From the IMG/VR virus record IMGVR_UViG_3300032677_000006: 64,000 nucleotides of DNA. One strand, given 5' to 3'. The stretch is from a virus. Below the pieces are notes generated by a model. That model was not told where the DNA came from. It ran no database searches and saw only the letters and a list, made by a program, of their open reading frames with translations. Below, piece by piece: positions 35,303 through 44,659 of the stretch. The translations under genes and the position numbers were made by a program. Each line of letters opens with the position of its first letter. Within the stretch, counting starts at the first letter, position 1.

Positions 35303-36328
35303 ATGCGCCTACTTGTTTACGCTGACCTGCAAGCCACCGACGGTTCCGACCTGTGCTACACCCAGCCGGACACGCCGCTGCAACACTACCGGATCGAGCG
35401 GTTCTACCGCGACCTGGTACGTGTCTACAAAGAGCACAAATGCGACGGGGTGGTCGATCTGGGCGACACCACCGACGACCGGTCCTCCCTGCCGGTGCCC
35501 ACCCTGGACGTGCTGTGCGCCGGTCTGGCCCAGCTGCCGAACGAGACCAACTACGCCTACAACTACAAGCTGATCGGCAACCACGAGCAGTTCATGCGAG
35601 ACACTACCATCAGCGTCTGGCGGCTGTTTGCCCCCTACTTCAACGTCACCCAGGACCGGGAAATCCTGACCGTCAACGGCTGCAAGCTCTTCTTTTGCTC
35701 CTACCCGGCGGACCACAAGGAGCTGGCCGCCTGGATCGCCGCCGAGTCCAGCAAGCATCGCGGACGCAAAATCCTGTTCGGCCATTTCCAGGTCAAGGGA
35801 GCCAAGCTGAACAACACGGAGGCGGCCACTGGCATCCCCAAGGACGCACTCACTGGCTTTGACTTGGTGCTGCTGGGCCACATCCACCAGCCCCAGAGCC
35901 TGACGGACCGGATACACTACGTCGGCAGCCCCTTTGAGCAGGACTGGGGCGAGCGCGGCCAGGCCAAGCGCTTGGCGATTGTAGACACCAAGGACTTCAG
36001 CGTCGAGTGGGTGCCTCTGCTCGGCTACCCGGAATACCGGGAAGTGACGCTCAAGCAGTTCCAGGCCCTGACGAGCACGCTGGACGAGCACCGCTACCGG
36101 GTCAACCTGACCTCGCACGAGGAGGCGGAGCAGTTTTTCGCCCACCCGGCTTTCAGTCGCGGCCTTGGCGTCTACAATTACGACACCCAGTCCGTGGAGC
36201 AGGTCGAAGAAAAGGACTGGAGCTTCGACGGCGTCCTGCGCCGCTATCTGGAGCTGGTCCCGGCGGAGGGTGTCGACCTGCCTGCGGACGAGCTGCTGGC
36301 CATGGGAAAGCTGCTGGCTGACATCTAA
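35303..36328 (+). CDS. Mre11/SbcD (T4 gp47-like) metallophosphoesterase nuclease
   Basis: ADLQ, DLGDTTD, GNHE, FGHF, LGHIH, YVGSP. Confidence 0.9.
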   Translation: MRLLVYADLQATDGSDLCYTQPDTPLQHYRIERFYRDLVRVYKEHKCDGVVDLGDTTDDRSSLPVPTLDVLCAGLAQLPNETNYAYNYKLIGNHEQFMRDTTISVWRLFAPYFNVTQDREILTVNGCKLFFCSYPADHKELAAWIAAESSKHRGRKILFGHFQVKGAKLNNTEAATGIPKDALTGFDLVLLGHIHQPQSLTDRIHYVGSPFEQDWGERGQAKRLAIVDTKDFSVEWVPLLGYPEYREVTLKQFQALTSTLDEHRYRVNLTSHEEAEQFFAHPAFSRGLGVYNYDTQSVEQVEEKDWSFDGVLRRYLELVPAEGVDLPADELLAMGKLLADI

Positions 36329-36459
36329 GCAAATTGCACTTCAATTTTAATAGCCGCAGTGGGGAGGACACAGGTGGTTATGGTGTGCAAATAAAGGCGC
36401 AATCCTCGCTGTAGCTAGGCTGAGCCTGAAACAATAACCAACAACCATAGGAAATAATT

Positions 36460-37020
36460 GTGAATCAAGTAAGCTCTGTCCCCTTCGGCACGGACGCCAC
36501 CCAGTTCCAGGGGTACGCCGAGTCGGCTAACGACCGTTTGGGCGCGATTGACTTCGTGTTCGAGAACACCGGTCCCAACTACGCGGTGATCCGCTTGGCC
36601 CAGTACGACGGCAAAACGTCGCCCTCCGGCTTCGCGACCATCGACACCACGTACGTCTCCAGCTCGGCGGGCGTGAACTACTCCCCGAACGCCTCCCAGC
36701 AGAACTTCCAAGGCTTCGTGGTGGCTCCCGGTGGCACAACCACCCGCCACTACGCGTTGCTGAACAAGCGCGTCTGCTTCTTCGGCTCCGGCAACACCAC
36801 GGTCAACATCTCCGCCGTGCTCCGCAACAAGAGCGATTTGCGCGGGGCGCAGATCGACATCGTCGCGGTGGGCCGTCGGAGCTGGGGCTACGATGACGGC
36901 TGGAATCGCAACGAACTGATCAAGAAGTGGGGTGGCTTTGCGGCCAACGTGTTGCCCAACACGGCGACGACCACGCAAGCCGGTTCCGGCCTGCTCGATC
37001 CGACCACGCCCACGCTCTAA
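36460..37020 (+). CDS. Putative virion structural protein
   Basis: Beta-rich 186 aa, upstream GTAGCTA motif and own terminator. Confidence 0.7.
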   Translation: MNQVSSVPFGTDATQFQGYAESANDRLGAIDFVFENTGPNYAVIRLAQYDGKTSPSGFATIDTTYVSSSAGVNYSPNASQQNFQGFVVAPGGTTTRHYALLNKRVCFFGSGNTTVNISAVLRNKSDLRGAQIDIVAVGRRSWGYDDGWNRNELIKKWGGFAANVLPNTATTTQAGSGLLDPTTPTL

Positions 37021-37041
37021 TTTGGTCTAGCCTCTGACATG

Positions 37042-37068
37042 GGCGCTCCCGCAAGGGAGCGCCTTTTT
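37042..37068 (+). terminator. Intrinsic terminator
   Basis: GGCGCTCCC-GCAA-GGGAGCGCC-TTTTT. Confidence 0.9.
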
Positions 37069-37072
37069 GTTG

Positions 37073-40000
37073 TCAGTCCGGGCTGATTGCCTCCGCTGTC
37101 ACCGCCGACGCGGACACCACGTTGTACGCCAGACCATAGTCCGGTGCCACGTAGCTGTACTGCGTGCCGTTCACGACCACCGAGTCCGACGTATTCTCCG
37201 CCGAGATCAACTGGCCCGCGCTGCTGCTGTAGCGACTCGGGCTGTGGCCAAAGCCGCCACTCAGCACGGTATACGCATTCCGGGTCGTGTCGGTGATGGC
37301 CGCCTGCATGGCCACGCCCGCGCTGTTCAGGGTGTGGTACTGTGTGTACAAAGTCGCGGGCACGCTGCCGCTGTAGCTGAACCAAGCGTCCATCTCGCCG
37401 TGCGCGCCGGTCGCGGACCTGCCGGTGTAAAAGTTGAACTGCACCCGCCCGCTCAGCAGCTGCCCGGCATACGCCGTCACGTTCGGCGGCATCGGCAGCC
37501 CAAAGTCGCCCGTGCCGGACATGGCCACCAGCAGGTATTCCGTGCCCTGGCTGACCACGGTCACCAGGCCGTCCGGATTTAGCAGCCCGGAGACTGGCTC
37601 GGTGGCGGGCAGGCTGTCGTAAAACGCGTAGGAAGCCTGCTCCGTATAGCCGCAAAATCCCAGGGCTTTCAGCGCGCTGGCAGAGGGCAGCCGGTAGATC
37701 ACCGAAGCATAGAGGCGCGGCAGCGTGATCTGCGGCGTCCAGCTTACGTCCACCGGCATGCCTCGGAACTGTCCAGTCATGCCGTTCTGGTCGGACAGCA
37801 CCAAGCTCACGGTATCGCTGGGAAACAAGGGCAAAACCTTGACCGTCGACACACCCAAGTTGTGGCTGATTTCGGTTCCGTTGTGGTCCACCACCAGCTC
37901 TTTGTAGACGCCCGGCAGTCCGACGTTTACGGCCATAGTGACCGTGCCGGTGGAGGTAAAAAGGTATGTCTCGTCCCCGTTGAAAACCGCCGTGGCCGAC
38001 CCAGCGGTCGCACCGACCAGGCCCTCGTCCAGCGCCGAGGCCGCCACGCCATACACCGGCAAGCCGACATCCAGGTGCGGGAAGCTGACTGAGACCGGCA
38101 CTCCGGTTTCCGCGTCGCGGTAGAGGTAGGTTGAACCCTGCGTCGTGCCGCTGTAGGCCGCGCCGTAACAATTCAGGCTGGGAGTCACGCTGCCTGCGCT
38201 GACCACCAGCTCGTAGCTGGACGGAAGCAAAGTGCCGGTGTAGCTGTAGTACCGATTGTTGTACTCCACCGCCGCGTGCGGGGACGAGCTGGGCGGATAA
38301 ATCACCAGCATCTGGGTGGGCGCAGGCTGGTACTCCAGGTCCGCTCCAGACTCGCTGGGATTGGGCACCGGGACCACCGGGCACTCCGTGTAGAGATACG
38401 GTGTTCCACATGGAACGCTGTTTGGGTACGCCACCAGCGCCGGACCGGTGCCGCTGTATTCGGAAAGGAACGACGACAGCCGGTAGCAGGAGTACGGCTG
38501 GGTGCCGTACGAGACGTAGGGCGCAGGAAAGCCCAGCGGCTGGATCAGCTGCACCGGCGCGCCCGCGCCATAGACCGGGGCGTAACAGTACAGCCCTTGC
38601 GGTCCGCACGCCGGGTCCTGGCAGCCTGTGACGACCACCACCGGCCCGCTCTGTCCGTCTACGAAGATAGGCACCGGCACCGGATTAGAATAGCAGGCTC
38701 CGTCAAAGGCGACGGTAGGATGGTAGGCCGTGGAGTACAAGGACGTGGCGCTGGTCACCGGCACCGGCACGGGCGACGGCAGCGCGGTTTGCACCGCCCC
38801 GGACTCGGACACGGCAAAGTCAATGACCACCCCCGTTTCGTCGAACTGGTAGTCGCTCAAGTTCACCGGGATCACCAGCGCCTGGGCAAACGTGGACGCG
38901 GTGTTCGCATACACCGTCACCGGCACCGTGCCGCTGAAGGTCGCGCTGGCGCTGGAGCCGGTTTTCCACACGGTGACAGTGACCACCGACCCGGCGTACA
39001 GCGCCCCGTCCACCAGGTAAACCACCAGACTGCCGTACAGACGCTTGACCCGGTTGCAGATAAGCGGGTAGCCGTCATAAGTCAGCAGCGAAAAATAGGC
39101 TGGCCGGATGCCTTCAATGCCTGCCACGGCCTTGGCGTATACATTCGGCTGGCCGTACGCCTCATAAATCGCGTAGTTGTTGCTGTCTGTGAAGAAAGTG
39201 TTCGTGTAATACGGCGTCGAGTTGGGGCTGCCTGCAACGTCCAGCGTCATCAGCGGAATGTTGGTGGTCAGCGGCGTCGAGTAGGAAATGATCGCATCGC
39301 CTGTGCCCAGCCGGTTTTTACCGTAGTTCACGTCCAGCTGCAAATCGGCGTTGGTGAACAGGGCCGCCAACCGGCGTGCCCGCAGCCCGGACCCGCCGGG
39401 ATAAGCGCTGTAGGGGCACCTGGTATACTGGTAAATGTTTGCCACTTGCCGGTAGCAGCTCAGGCGCACCCGAAAGTTAAACGCCAGCCAGCTGGCCGAC
39501 CCGGCGTCCGTGGCCCGGGGCAGCCAGGCGTCCACCGTGGACTGGACGCGGTAATCGGCGGGCGCGGGCACGGGCGGCATGCCGATGCCGTAATCGTAGC
39601 CGACATCCTCGCCTTGCAAGCCCGCCGGGAAGCCCAGCAGCGCCCAGTTGGCCGCCTTGGTCCGGAGCACCACTTCCGGCGGGATCGTGCCGTCCGCCAA
39701 GTTGACCACGGCGGCGGCATAGTGGGTGGTTCCCGGGAGCAAGTACGTGTCCTGGGTGTGCGAAATCAGCTGATAGGGGAAGTAGGTGGCCGTACCTGGA
39801 CCGCCGTTGAATTCGTCGCTGTAAACGTCACCCAGATAGACCAGCGAGGTGCTGGGGGCGGGCAGAGGAACGGCGGAGCGGTTCGTCACGGCTCCGGAGA
39901 CGGTCACGGCGCTGTCAAACGCCAGCACGGTGCCGTCAGAGCAAGTGGCCGTGCCCTGGAGGCGGTACAGCCCGCTTTCCATCGACTGGATGGAGACCCC

Positions 40001-40432
40001 GGGACCGTTGCCGGTCTGCACCTGGGTGTTGTTGAGCAGCAGCGTCCAGGAGAAGGTCCCTGCCGCCTGCCCGGAAGCGCTGGCGGCGACAATGGCCGCC
40101 TCGCCCGGGTCGCCCGGGTCGAAGCTGACCTTGCTCCAGGTCACGCCGACATAGGTGGAACCGACGGTCGAAGCGGCGTTGACGGTAAACACCGCGTTCT
40201 GGTAGCCGAACTCAACCGGCACTGTGACCGTGATCGTGTGCGGCAGCGCCTGTACGGGCGTGAAAACAATCGGGCTGCTGACGCCGGAAGCAAGCGTGGC
40301 GTTGTTGCACAGCACCAACCAGCGCTTCGGAACCACTTGGGCGTTGTTGACGAACGCCTTAAGCTCGTAGCGGTGCTGACAGACCAGGGTGGCAGGCAGG
40401 GGCCTGCTATTATAGCGCAGTTCAATGACCAC
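37073..40432 (-). CDS. Large virion structural protein (baseplate/fibre-associated)
   Basis: 1119 aa, S/T/Y/V/P-rich, central Cys-containing repeats, GTAGTTA 4 nt before GTG start. Confidence 0.75.
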   Translation of the reverse strand: MVIELRYNSRPLPATLVCQHRYELKAFVNNAQVVPKRWLVLCNNATLASGVSSPIVFTPVQALPHTITVTVPVEFGYQNAVFTVNAASTVGSTYVGVTWSKVSFDPGDPGEAAIVAASASGQAAGTFSWTLLLNNTQVQTGNGPGVSIQSMESGLYRLQGTATCSDGTVLAFDSAVTVSGAVTNRSAVPLPAPSTSLVYLGDVYSDEFNGGPGTATYFPYQLISHTQDTYLLPGTTHYAAAVVNLADGTIPPEVVLRTKAANWALLGFPAGLQGEDVGYDYGIGMPPVPAPADYRVQSTVDAWLPRATDAGSASWLAFNFRVRLSCYRQVANIYQYTRCPYSAYPGGSGLRARRLAALFTNADLQLDVNYGKNRLGTGDAIISYSTPLTTNIPLMTLDVAGSPNSTPYYTNTFFTDSNNYAIYEAYGQPNVYAKAVAGIEGIRPAYFSLLTYDGYPLICNRVKRLYGSLVVYLVDGALYAGSVVTVTVWKTGSSASATFSGTVPVTVYANTASTFAQALVIPVNLSDYQFDETGVVIDFAVSESGAVQTALPSPVPVPVTSATSLYSTAYHPTVAFDGACYSNPVPVPIFVDGQSGPVVVVTGCQDPACGPQGLYCYAPVYGAGAPVQLIQPLGFPAPYVSYGTQPYSCYRLSSFLSEYSGTGPALVAYPNSVPCGTPYLYTECPVVPVPNPSESGADLEYQPAPTQMLVIYPPSSSPHAAVEYNNRYYSYTGTLLPSSYELVVSAGSVTPSLNCYGAAYSGTTQGSTYLYRDAETGVPVSVSFPHLDVGLPVYGVAASALDEGLVGATAGSATAVFNGDETYLFTSTGTVTMAVNVGLPGVYKELVVDHNGTEISHNLGVSTVKVLPLFPSDTVSLVLSDQNGMTGQFRGMPVDVSWTPQITLPRLYASVIYRLPSASALKALGFCGYTEQASYAFYDSLPATEPVSGLLNPDGLVTVVSQGTEYLLVAMSGTGDFGLPMPPNVTAYAGQLLSGRVQFNFYTGRSATGAHGEMDAWFSYSGSVPATLYTQYHTLNSAGVAMQAAITDTTRNAYTVLSGGFGHSPSRYSSSAGQLISAENTSDSVVVNGTQYSYVAPDYGLAYNVVSASAVTAEAISPD

Positions 40433-40439
40433 GCCCTAA

Positions 40440-41054
40440 CTACGGTTCGGCGCTGTCTTTTATGACCTTGCCGTCCAGCCAGTCCTGGTGCGTGTAGCAG
40501 AACTCCTGATTGTTGGAAGTGCCGTCCTTCAGCCGCTCCACGAAGAAAATCGGAGTCAGCTTGCCGAGGTTGGCCACCACTTCGTCGCCCTCCTCCACCG
40601 GCTTGGTCACGGTCGACCCTTTCTTGAGCACCTTGAAGTAGATGAACTCCGGCGTGGACTGGCGCATGACATGTTCCGGCAGGATGATTGGTGAGCCGGA
40701 CTCGCGGAAAAAGTGCTTGAGCAGGACGTAGTCGCCCACCATCTCGAAATTTGGCAGCGTGACCTCGTCGCCGGTCAGCCGACCGATGATGTCGCCCTGG
40801 TGCAGATTCATGTAGTGCCTGCCGTCCAGCACGTACTTCTGCGTGTTCTCCATGACCGAGTTGATCTGGAACATCACGATGTCGCCGGGCTTGACGACCG
40901 ACGTCTTTTTGGGATCGGTGCCCACGGAGACCACTTTGCCCATCCGGTGCGTATCCGCCTGCTGGGCGGCGTCAGGCAGGATGATCTGCGACGAGGAGGA
41001 CTTGGGCCGGTAGTGTTCCACCAGGCAGCGAAAACCAAACATTTTTACATTCAT
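40440..41054 (-). CDS. groES: Co-chaperonin with two tandem GroES (Cpn10) domains
   Basis: RCLVE..IILPDAAQ..GKVVSVGT..VKPGDIVMF..LHQGDIIG, then GDYVLLK..IILPE..VEEGDEVV. Confidence 0.8.
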   Translation of the reverse strand: MNVKMFGFRCLVEHYRPKSSSSQIILPDAAQQADTHRMGKVVSVGTDPKKTSVVKPGDIVMFQINSVMENTQKYVLDGRHYMNLHQGDIIGRLTGDEVTLPNFEMVGDYVLLKHFFRESGSPIILPEHVMRQSTPEFIYFKVLKKGSTVTKPVEEGDEVVANLGKLTPIFFVERLKDGTSNNQEFCYTHQDWLDGKVIKDSAEP

Positions 41055-42130
41055 ACCGGTATAGAACCGATTCGGAGCTTGGTTATGTCACAGGCTTGCT
41101 TCATGGCCCGGAGCGGGTCCACGGTGACCAGATTGCCCGTCACCGCCGCCGCGCTGTAGCGCTTGCGGTTGCGGATGGCGTCCCAGGCGGCGTCTACATC
41201 ATCGTTGGCATCGGCCTTCTTGTTGCCCTCCAGCTGCGGCATTTCCGCAATCGTCACCCGGGTCAGGTTGCTAAACGCGGCCACCGACTTCCAGGTCAGG
41301 GCGATGGCGTCGTGGTCGAACAGCAGGCAGAACTCCTCCGCGCCGCAGAGCAGCAGCTTCTGCACTTGCACCTGGCTGACAAAGTGCTTGAACACGCACA
41401 CCGGCACGTACTTGTGCTCCAGGTGGAGCGCGCGCAGCTTGCGCTTCAGCGACAGGACGTTCAGGATGGATTCCACCATGATGATGACATTGGGCTTGAC
41501 CGTCCGCACCTCGTCGATGTTGTACACCCAGTAGGACGCACCGTAGGTCACGTCCTTGCGGTTGGGGAAACGCTTGGTCGGCTCGCCCGGCACGTCCACG
41601 TACGTGCGGCCCTGATAGTAGACGGGCATCTTGGAATCGTAGACGGGAAAAATGCAGTACGGCTCCCACAGGCCCTGCTCCGTGAAGCCCGCGCCCGCCT
41701 CGATGAACGCTTTCAGGTCCAGATTTTTTCGCTTGGCCATGCGGCGGATCAGCTCCGTGTAGGCGCTGTCGGGGTCATCCTCCAGCCGGGTGAAGCCCAC
41801 CGGCAGGTCCACCGGCTTGAGCACCGGCATCTTGGTCCTGACCGCTGGCGGATTGTTCAGCAGCTCCTCCAGCGGCACGTTGCTGTAGCCGTTGTCGGAG
41901 TTCAGGAACTGGTAGCCCAGGGCCTTGGACCAGGCCATGAAATTGCCCTTGTTGTGCGCGCCCTTGTTGCACCGGAAGCAAAAGGTGAAGCCGGTGCGCA
42001 GGTTCACCGACCGGTGGCCGGAATGGTCGCCGCATTCCGGACAAAGGAACACCAGTTCCTCGGCGGAGGACTTGTCCGCCACCACCGTAAACATGCTTTC
42101 GATCTCTCGTTTTAACAATGGTCCGATCAT
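41051..42130 (-). CDS. DNA primase (Zn finger + TOPRIM, DnaG/gp61-like)
   Basis: CPECG..CFRC, CIFPVY..YYQGR, IMVESILN, LLFDHDA, KADAND. Confidence 0.85.
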   Translation of the reverse strand: MIGPLLKREIESMFTVVADKSSAEELVFLCPECGDHSGHRSVNLRTGFTFCFRCNKGAHNKGNFMAWSKALGYQFLNSDNGYSNVPLEELLNNPPAVRTKMPVLKPVDLPVGFTRLEDDPDSAYTELIRRMAKRKNLDLKAFIEAGAGFTEQGLWEPYCIFPVYDSKMPVYYQGRTYVDVPGEPTKRFPNRKDVTYGASYWVYNIDEVRTVKPNVIIMVESILNVLSLKRKLRALHLEHKYVPVCVFKHFVSQVQVQKLLLCGAEEFCLLFDHDAIALTWKSVAAFSNLTRVTIAEMPQLEGNKKADANDDVDAAWDAIRNRKRYSAAAVTGNLVTVDPLRAMKQACDITKLRIGSIPV

Positions 42131-42160
42131 AATCTGATCCTACTCTGTTGTATTTAGGCC

Positions 42161-42349
42161 ATGGACTTGAATAAATCTATAGCGACGGCTCAGCAGTTCA
42201 CCGCGCCCAGGCCGGACGGGCTGCCGGTGATCGACCGCTCCGCCCAGGCTGACTTCGGTCTGGACATGGCCCGCCGCGCCGCCCAGCGCAGCCAGCAGCC
42301 GGTGGACGCGCCCAAGCCGATGCCGCCCATCGTGCCGATGGCCAGTTAA
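42161..42349 (+). CDS. Small hypothetical protein
   Basis: 62 aa; GTATTTA 4 nt upstream. Confidence 0.6.
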   Translation: MDLNKSIATAQQFTAPRPDGLPVIDRSAQADFGLDMARRAAQRSQQPVDAPKPMPPIVPMAS

Positions 42350-43086
42350 ACCCCAAGAACGGCAGCTGGTCTGACTTCCAGCTTCGGATTCTGAAAAAAG
42401 TTTGGGCTGTCGAGTATGGCCAGCGACCGTTCGCGCTCCCAGGCGCAGTAGATGTTGGACCGAACCCGGGCCAGCAGCGAAGGCCGAACTCCGTCGTACC
42501 ACTTGAAATGGTGCGTATCTCCAAAATTAAGCGGTATTTCCATGCTGTTGTGGTGTCCCGACCGGATCGTCACGTCCCCTCGGTGCAGTCCAATCTTGTG
42601 GACATTTGCGCCGGACCATTTGGTCATGGAAGTCGCCCACGGGAATTGCGCATCCAGACTGACGTCCAGCTTCACCGGCGGCAGCGCCCCTTCCGGCGCA
42701 AACCGGTCCACAAACCGGCTGCGCACGACCTTATAGCCTTCCTGCTGGGCCTGGGCGGCCATGTCCGGAAAGGATTTGCCGCCGTAGTCGTGCAGTTCGT
42801 CCAGGTCGGCCACCAGAAACCATTCGTCAGCCGCCACGAACTCCCGGCGCGCCCGGTTGAGCGCCACTGTTTCGTCGGTTGAGTTGTACAGGTTGTACGT
42901 GCAAAACTGGTTTGGCCGCACGTGCCAGTCGAGTCCCTGGCTGTGTTTCGCCAGCTCAGCGTAGACGGGGCACTTAATCCCTCGCCACGCGGCGTACACG
43001 AACCGCGTCACTCCGCGCTGCTGGTAGTACTTCAGCAGGAACGGGAGCAGGTAGGTGCGGTCGTATACGGGTATTATCAGCGTCAT
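42346..43086 (-). CDS. GT-A glycosyltransferase (GT2-like, Glyco_tranf_2_4/GT92-type)
   Basis: LLPFLLKYYQQRGVTRF, WFLVADLDE (DxD), GHH, HHFKW. Confidence 0.85.
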   Translation of the reverse strand: MTLIIPVYDRTYLLPFLLKYYQQRGVTRFVYAAWRGIKCPVYAELAKHSQGLDWHVRPNQFCTYNLYNSTDETVALNRARREFVAADEWFLVADLDELHDYGGKSFPDMAAQAQQEGYKVVRSRFVDRFAPEGALPPVKLDVSLDAQFPWATSMTKWSGANVHKIGLHRGDVTIRSGHHNSMEIPLNFGDTHHFKWYDGVRPSLLARVRSNIYCAWERERSLAILDSPNFFQNPKLEVRPAAVLGV

Positions 43087-43832
43087 ACTCCTATTTGACT
43101 TGCCGGTTCACTTTTGCACTTTGGGTCGCTCAGGTAATCCGGTGTTTCCAGCAGGCTCAAGGCTTTAGCCTGCTCCCAGGCCCAGTTGATGTGCGCGGCC
43201 AGCTGGCGCTCGTGCCTGCTCTTCAAGATTTCCTTTATGCCGCTGACCCACTTAAAATGATGGGTATACCCAAACGGAAAGCTCACCTCGTCGCACTCAT
43301 GGTGACCGCTGCGGATGGGCAGGCCGCCCTGGCATAGACTAACCTTAAGGTAGCAGGCTCCCATCCAGCGGGTAAACTGGGTCATGGTCGGAAACTGCTC
43401 GTCTAACGTCCGCTCCGGCTGGATGACCGGCAGCGCGCCGTCAGCGGCAAACCGGTCCCTAAACTCGCCTTGAACGCAGCGAAAGCCCGCCCTCTCCGCC
43501 ATGGCCGCAGCCTCCGCCAGGCTTTTCCCGTCGTAATAATGAAATTCATCCGCATCCGCCAGCACGTACCATTCTTCCGGCTCGACAAATTCGCGCCTGA
43601 TTTCGTTGAGGCCATCCGTTTCGCTGTAAGCGTAGTCTGACTCGGAGCACAGCACGGTCGGTCGCACGTGCCAGTCCAGCGCGCCGCTGAGGGCGGCAAC
43701 CTGAGCGTACACCGGATGACGGATGCCGTTGCACAGCGCGTAGACAATTCGCGTTACGCCCATCCGCGTGTAGTACCGCAGCACGTACGGCACCAGCTCA
43801 ACCCGGTCGTGCAATGTCAGGATCAAGGTCAC
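43083..43832 (-). CDS. GT-A glycosyltransferase, tandem paralog of 42346-43086
   Basis: YVLRYYTRMGVTRI, WYVLADADE, SGHH, HHFKW; collinear with its neighbour. Confidence 0.85.
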   Translation of the reverse strand: MTLILTLHDRVELVPYVLRYYTRMGVTRIVYALCNGIRHPVYAQVAALSGALDWHVRPTVLCSESDYAYSETDGLNEIRREFVEPEEWYVLADADEFHYYDGKSLAEAAAMAERAGFRCVQGEFRDRFAADGALPVIQPERTLDEQFPTMTQFTRWMGACYLKVSLCQGGLPIRSGHHECDEVSFPFGYTHHFKWVSGIKEILKSRHERQLAAHINWAWEQAKALSLLETPDYLSDPKCKSEPASQIGV

Positions 43833-44659
43833 AGCAGGTACCCCTTGCTTTCGTACACGGCCCGGTTATCCGTCACCCAGCGCGGCAGCGGCGCGTCCGG
43901 CATCCGGTCGAAGATGAAGCCACCTTTAGGGTCCACCTGCCTGCCCAGCCGCCGCATGTCCACCGGCACGTCGCCTTGGAGGGCGTACAGGATCGGCAGC
44001 GTGTGCCGCCCGAAGCAGTGCGAGTAATTTTTGAGTTTGTACTGAACCCGGCCAGGACCTTCCGGACCCAACAAGTAGGAAAAGTGCCAGCCCGCGCGCT
44101 CCAAACGCTTGGCCAGCGGATAGGGGTCGCTCTTGTAGCTGAAGTGTTCAAACGGACGCAGCCGATGCACCGGATACTGGTTGTACAGCGACCCGGGTAC
44201 TAGATAAGGAGCCTTCCAGACTTTGTTGACGCACCCGTAATTCAGGTAGAAGTGAAAGAACGCCAGCTCCAGGCCGACTGCGCCGTCCCGAGGCCGGTAG
44301 TTTAGAATCGTCTGCGCGCTGATGATTTCGTCAGCGTCACAGATGCTAAACACGTCGAATTCCTTTAGCCTTGGCAGCACTTCCTTCAAGTAATCGCGCT
44401 GGTAGTTTTGGCGCGCCCAGGAGGCGGCCTGGGCATCTTCCGGCAGGTTGGGGCAGGGCGGCACCTCTATGTATACAATTTTATCGCGCCACTGCTCGAA
44501 CTCGTCGGCGTGCTCCTGGTAGCTGAGCCGCTTGGGCCTGCCCGCGAAGGTGACCCGGCTCTCCAGCACGTAGAAGCGGTCAACCACGCGGTACATCTCG
44601 TGCAGCCGCAGCTTGAGCAGCTCCAGCTCATTAAGCAGGATGGATGCGTTGATCACCAT
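43829..44659 (-). CDS. GT17-family glycosyltransferase (MGAT3-like beta-1,4-GlcNAc transferase)
   Basis: NELELLKLRLHEM..VDRFYVLES..TFAGRPK, WARQNYQRD, CDADEI, GWHFSY, KLKNYSH. Confidence 0.9.
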   Translation of the reverse strand: MVINASILLNELELLKLRLHEMYRVVDRFYVLESRVTFAGRPKRLSYQEHADEFEQWRDKIVYIEVPPCPNLPEDAQAASWARQNYQRDYLKEVLPRLKEFDVFSICDADEIISAQTILNYRPRDGAVGLELAFFHFYLNYGCVNKVWKAPYLVPGSLYNQYPVHRLRPFEHFSYKSDPYPLAKRLERAGWHFSYLLGPEGPGRVQYKLKNYSHCFGRHTLPILYALQGDVPVDMRRLGRQVDPKGGFIFDRMPDAPLPRWVTDNRAVYESKGYLL

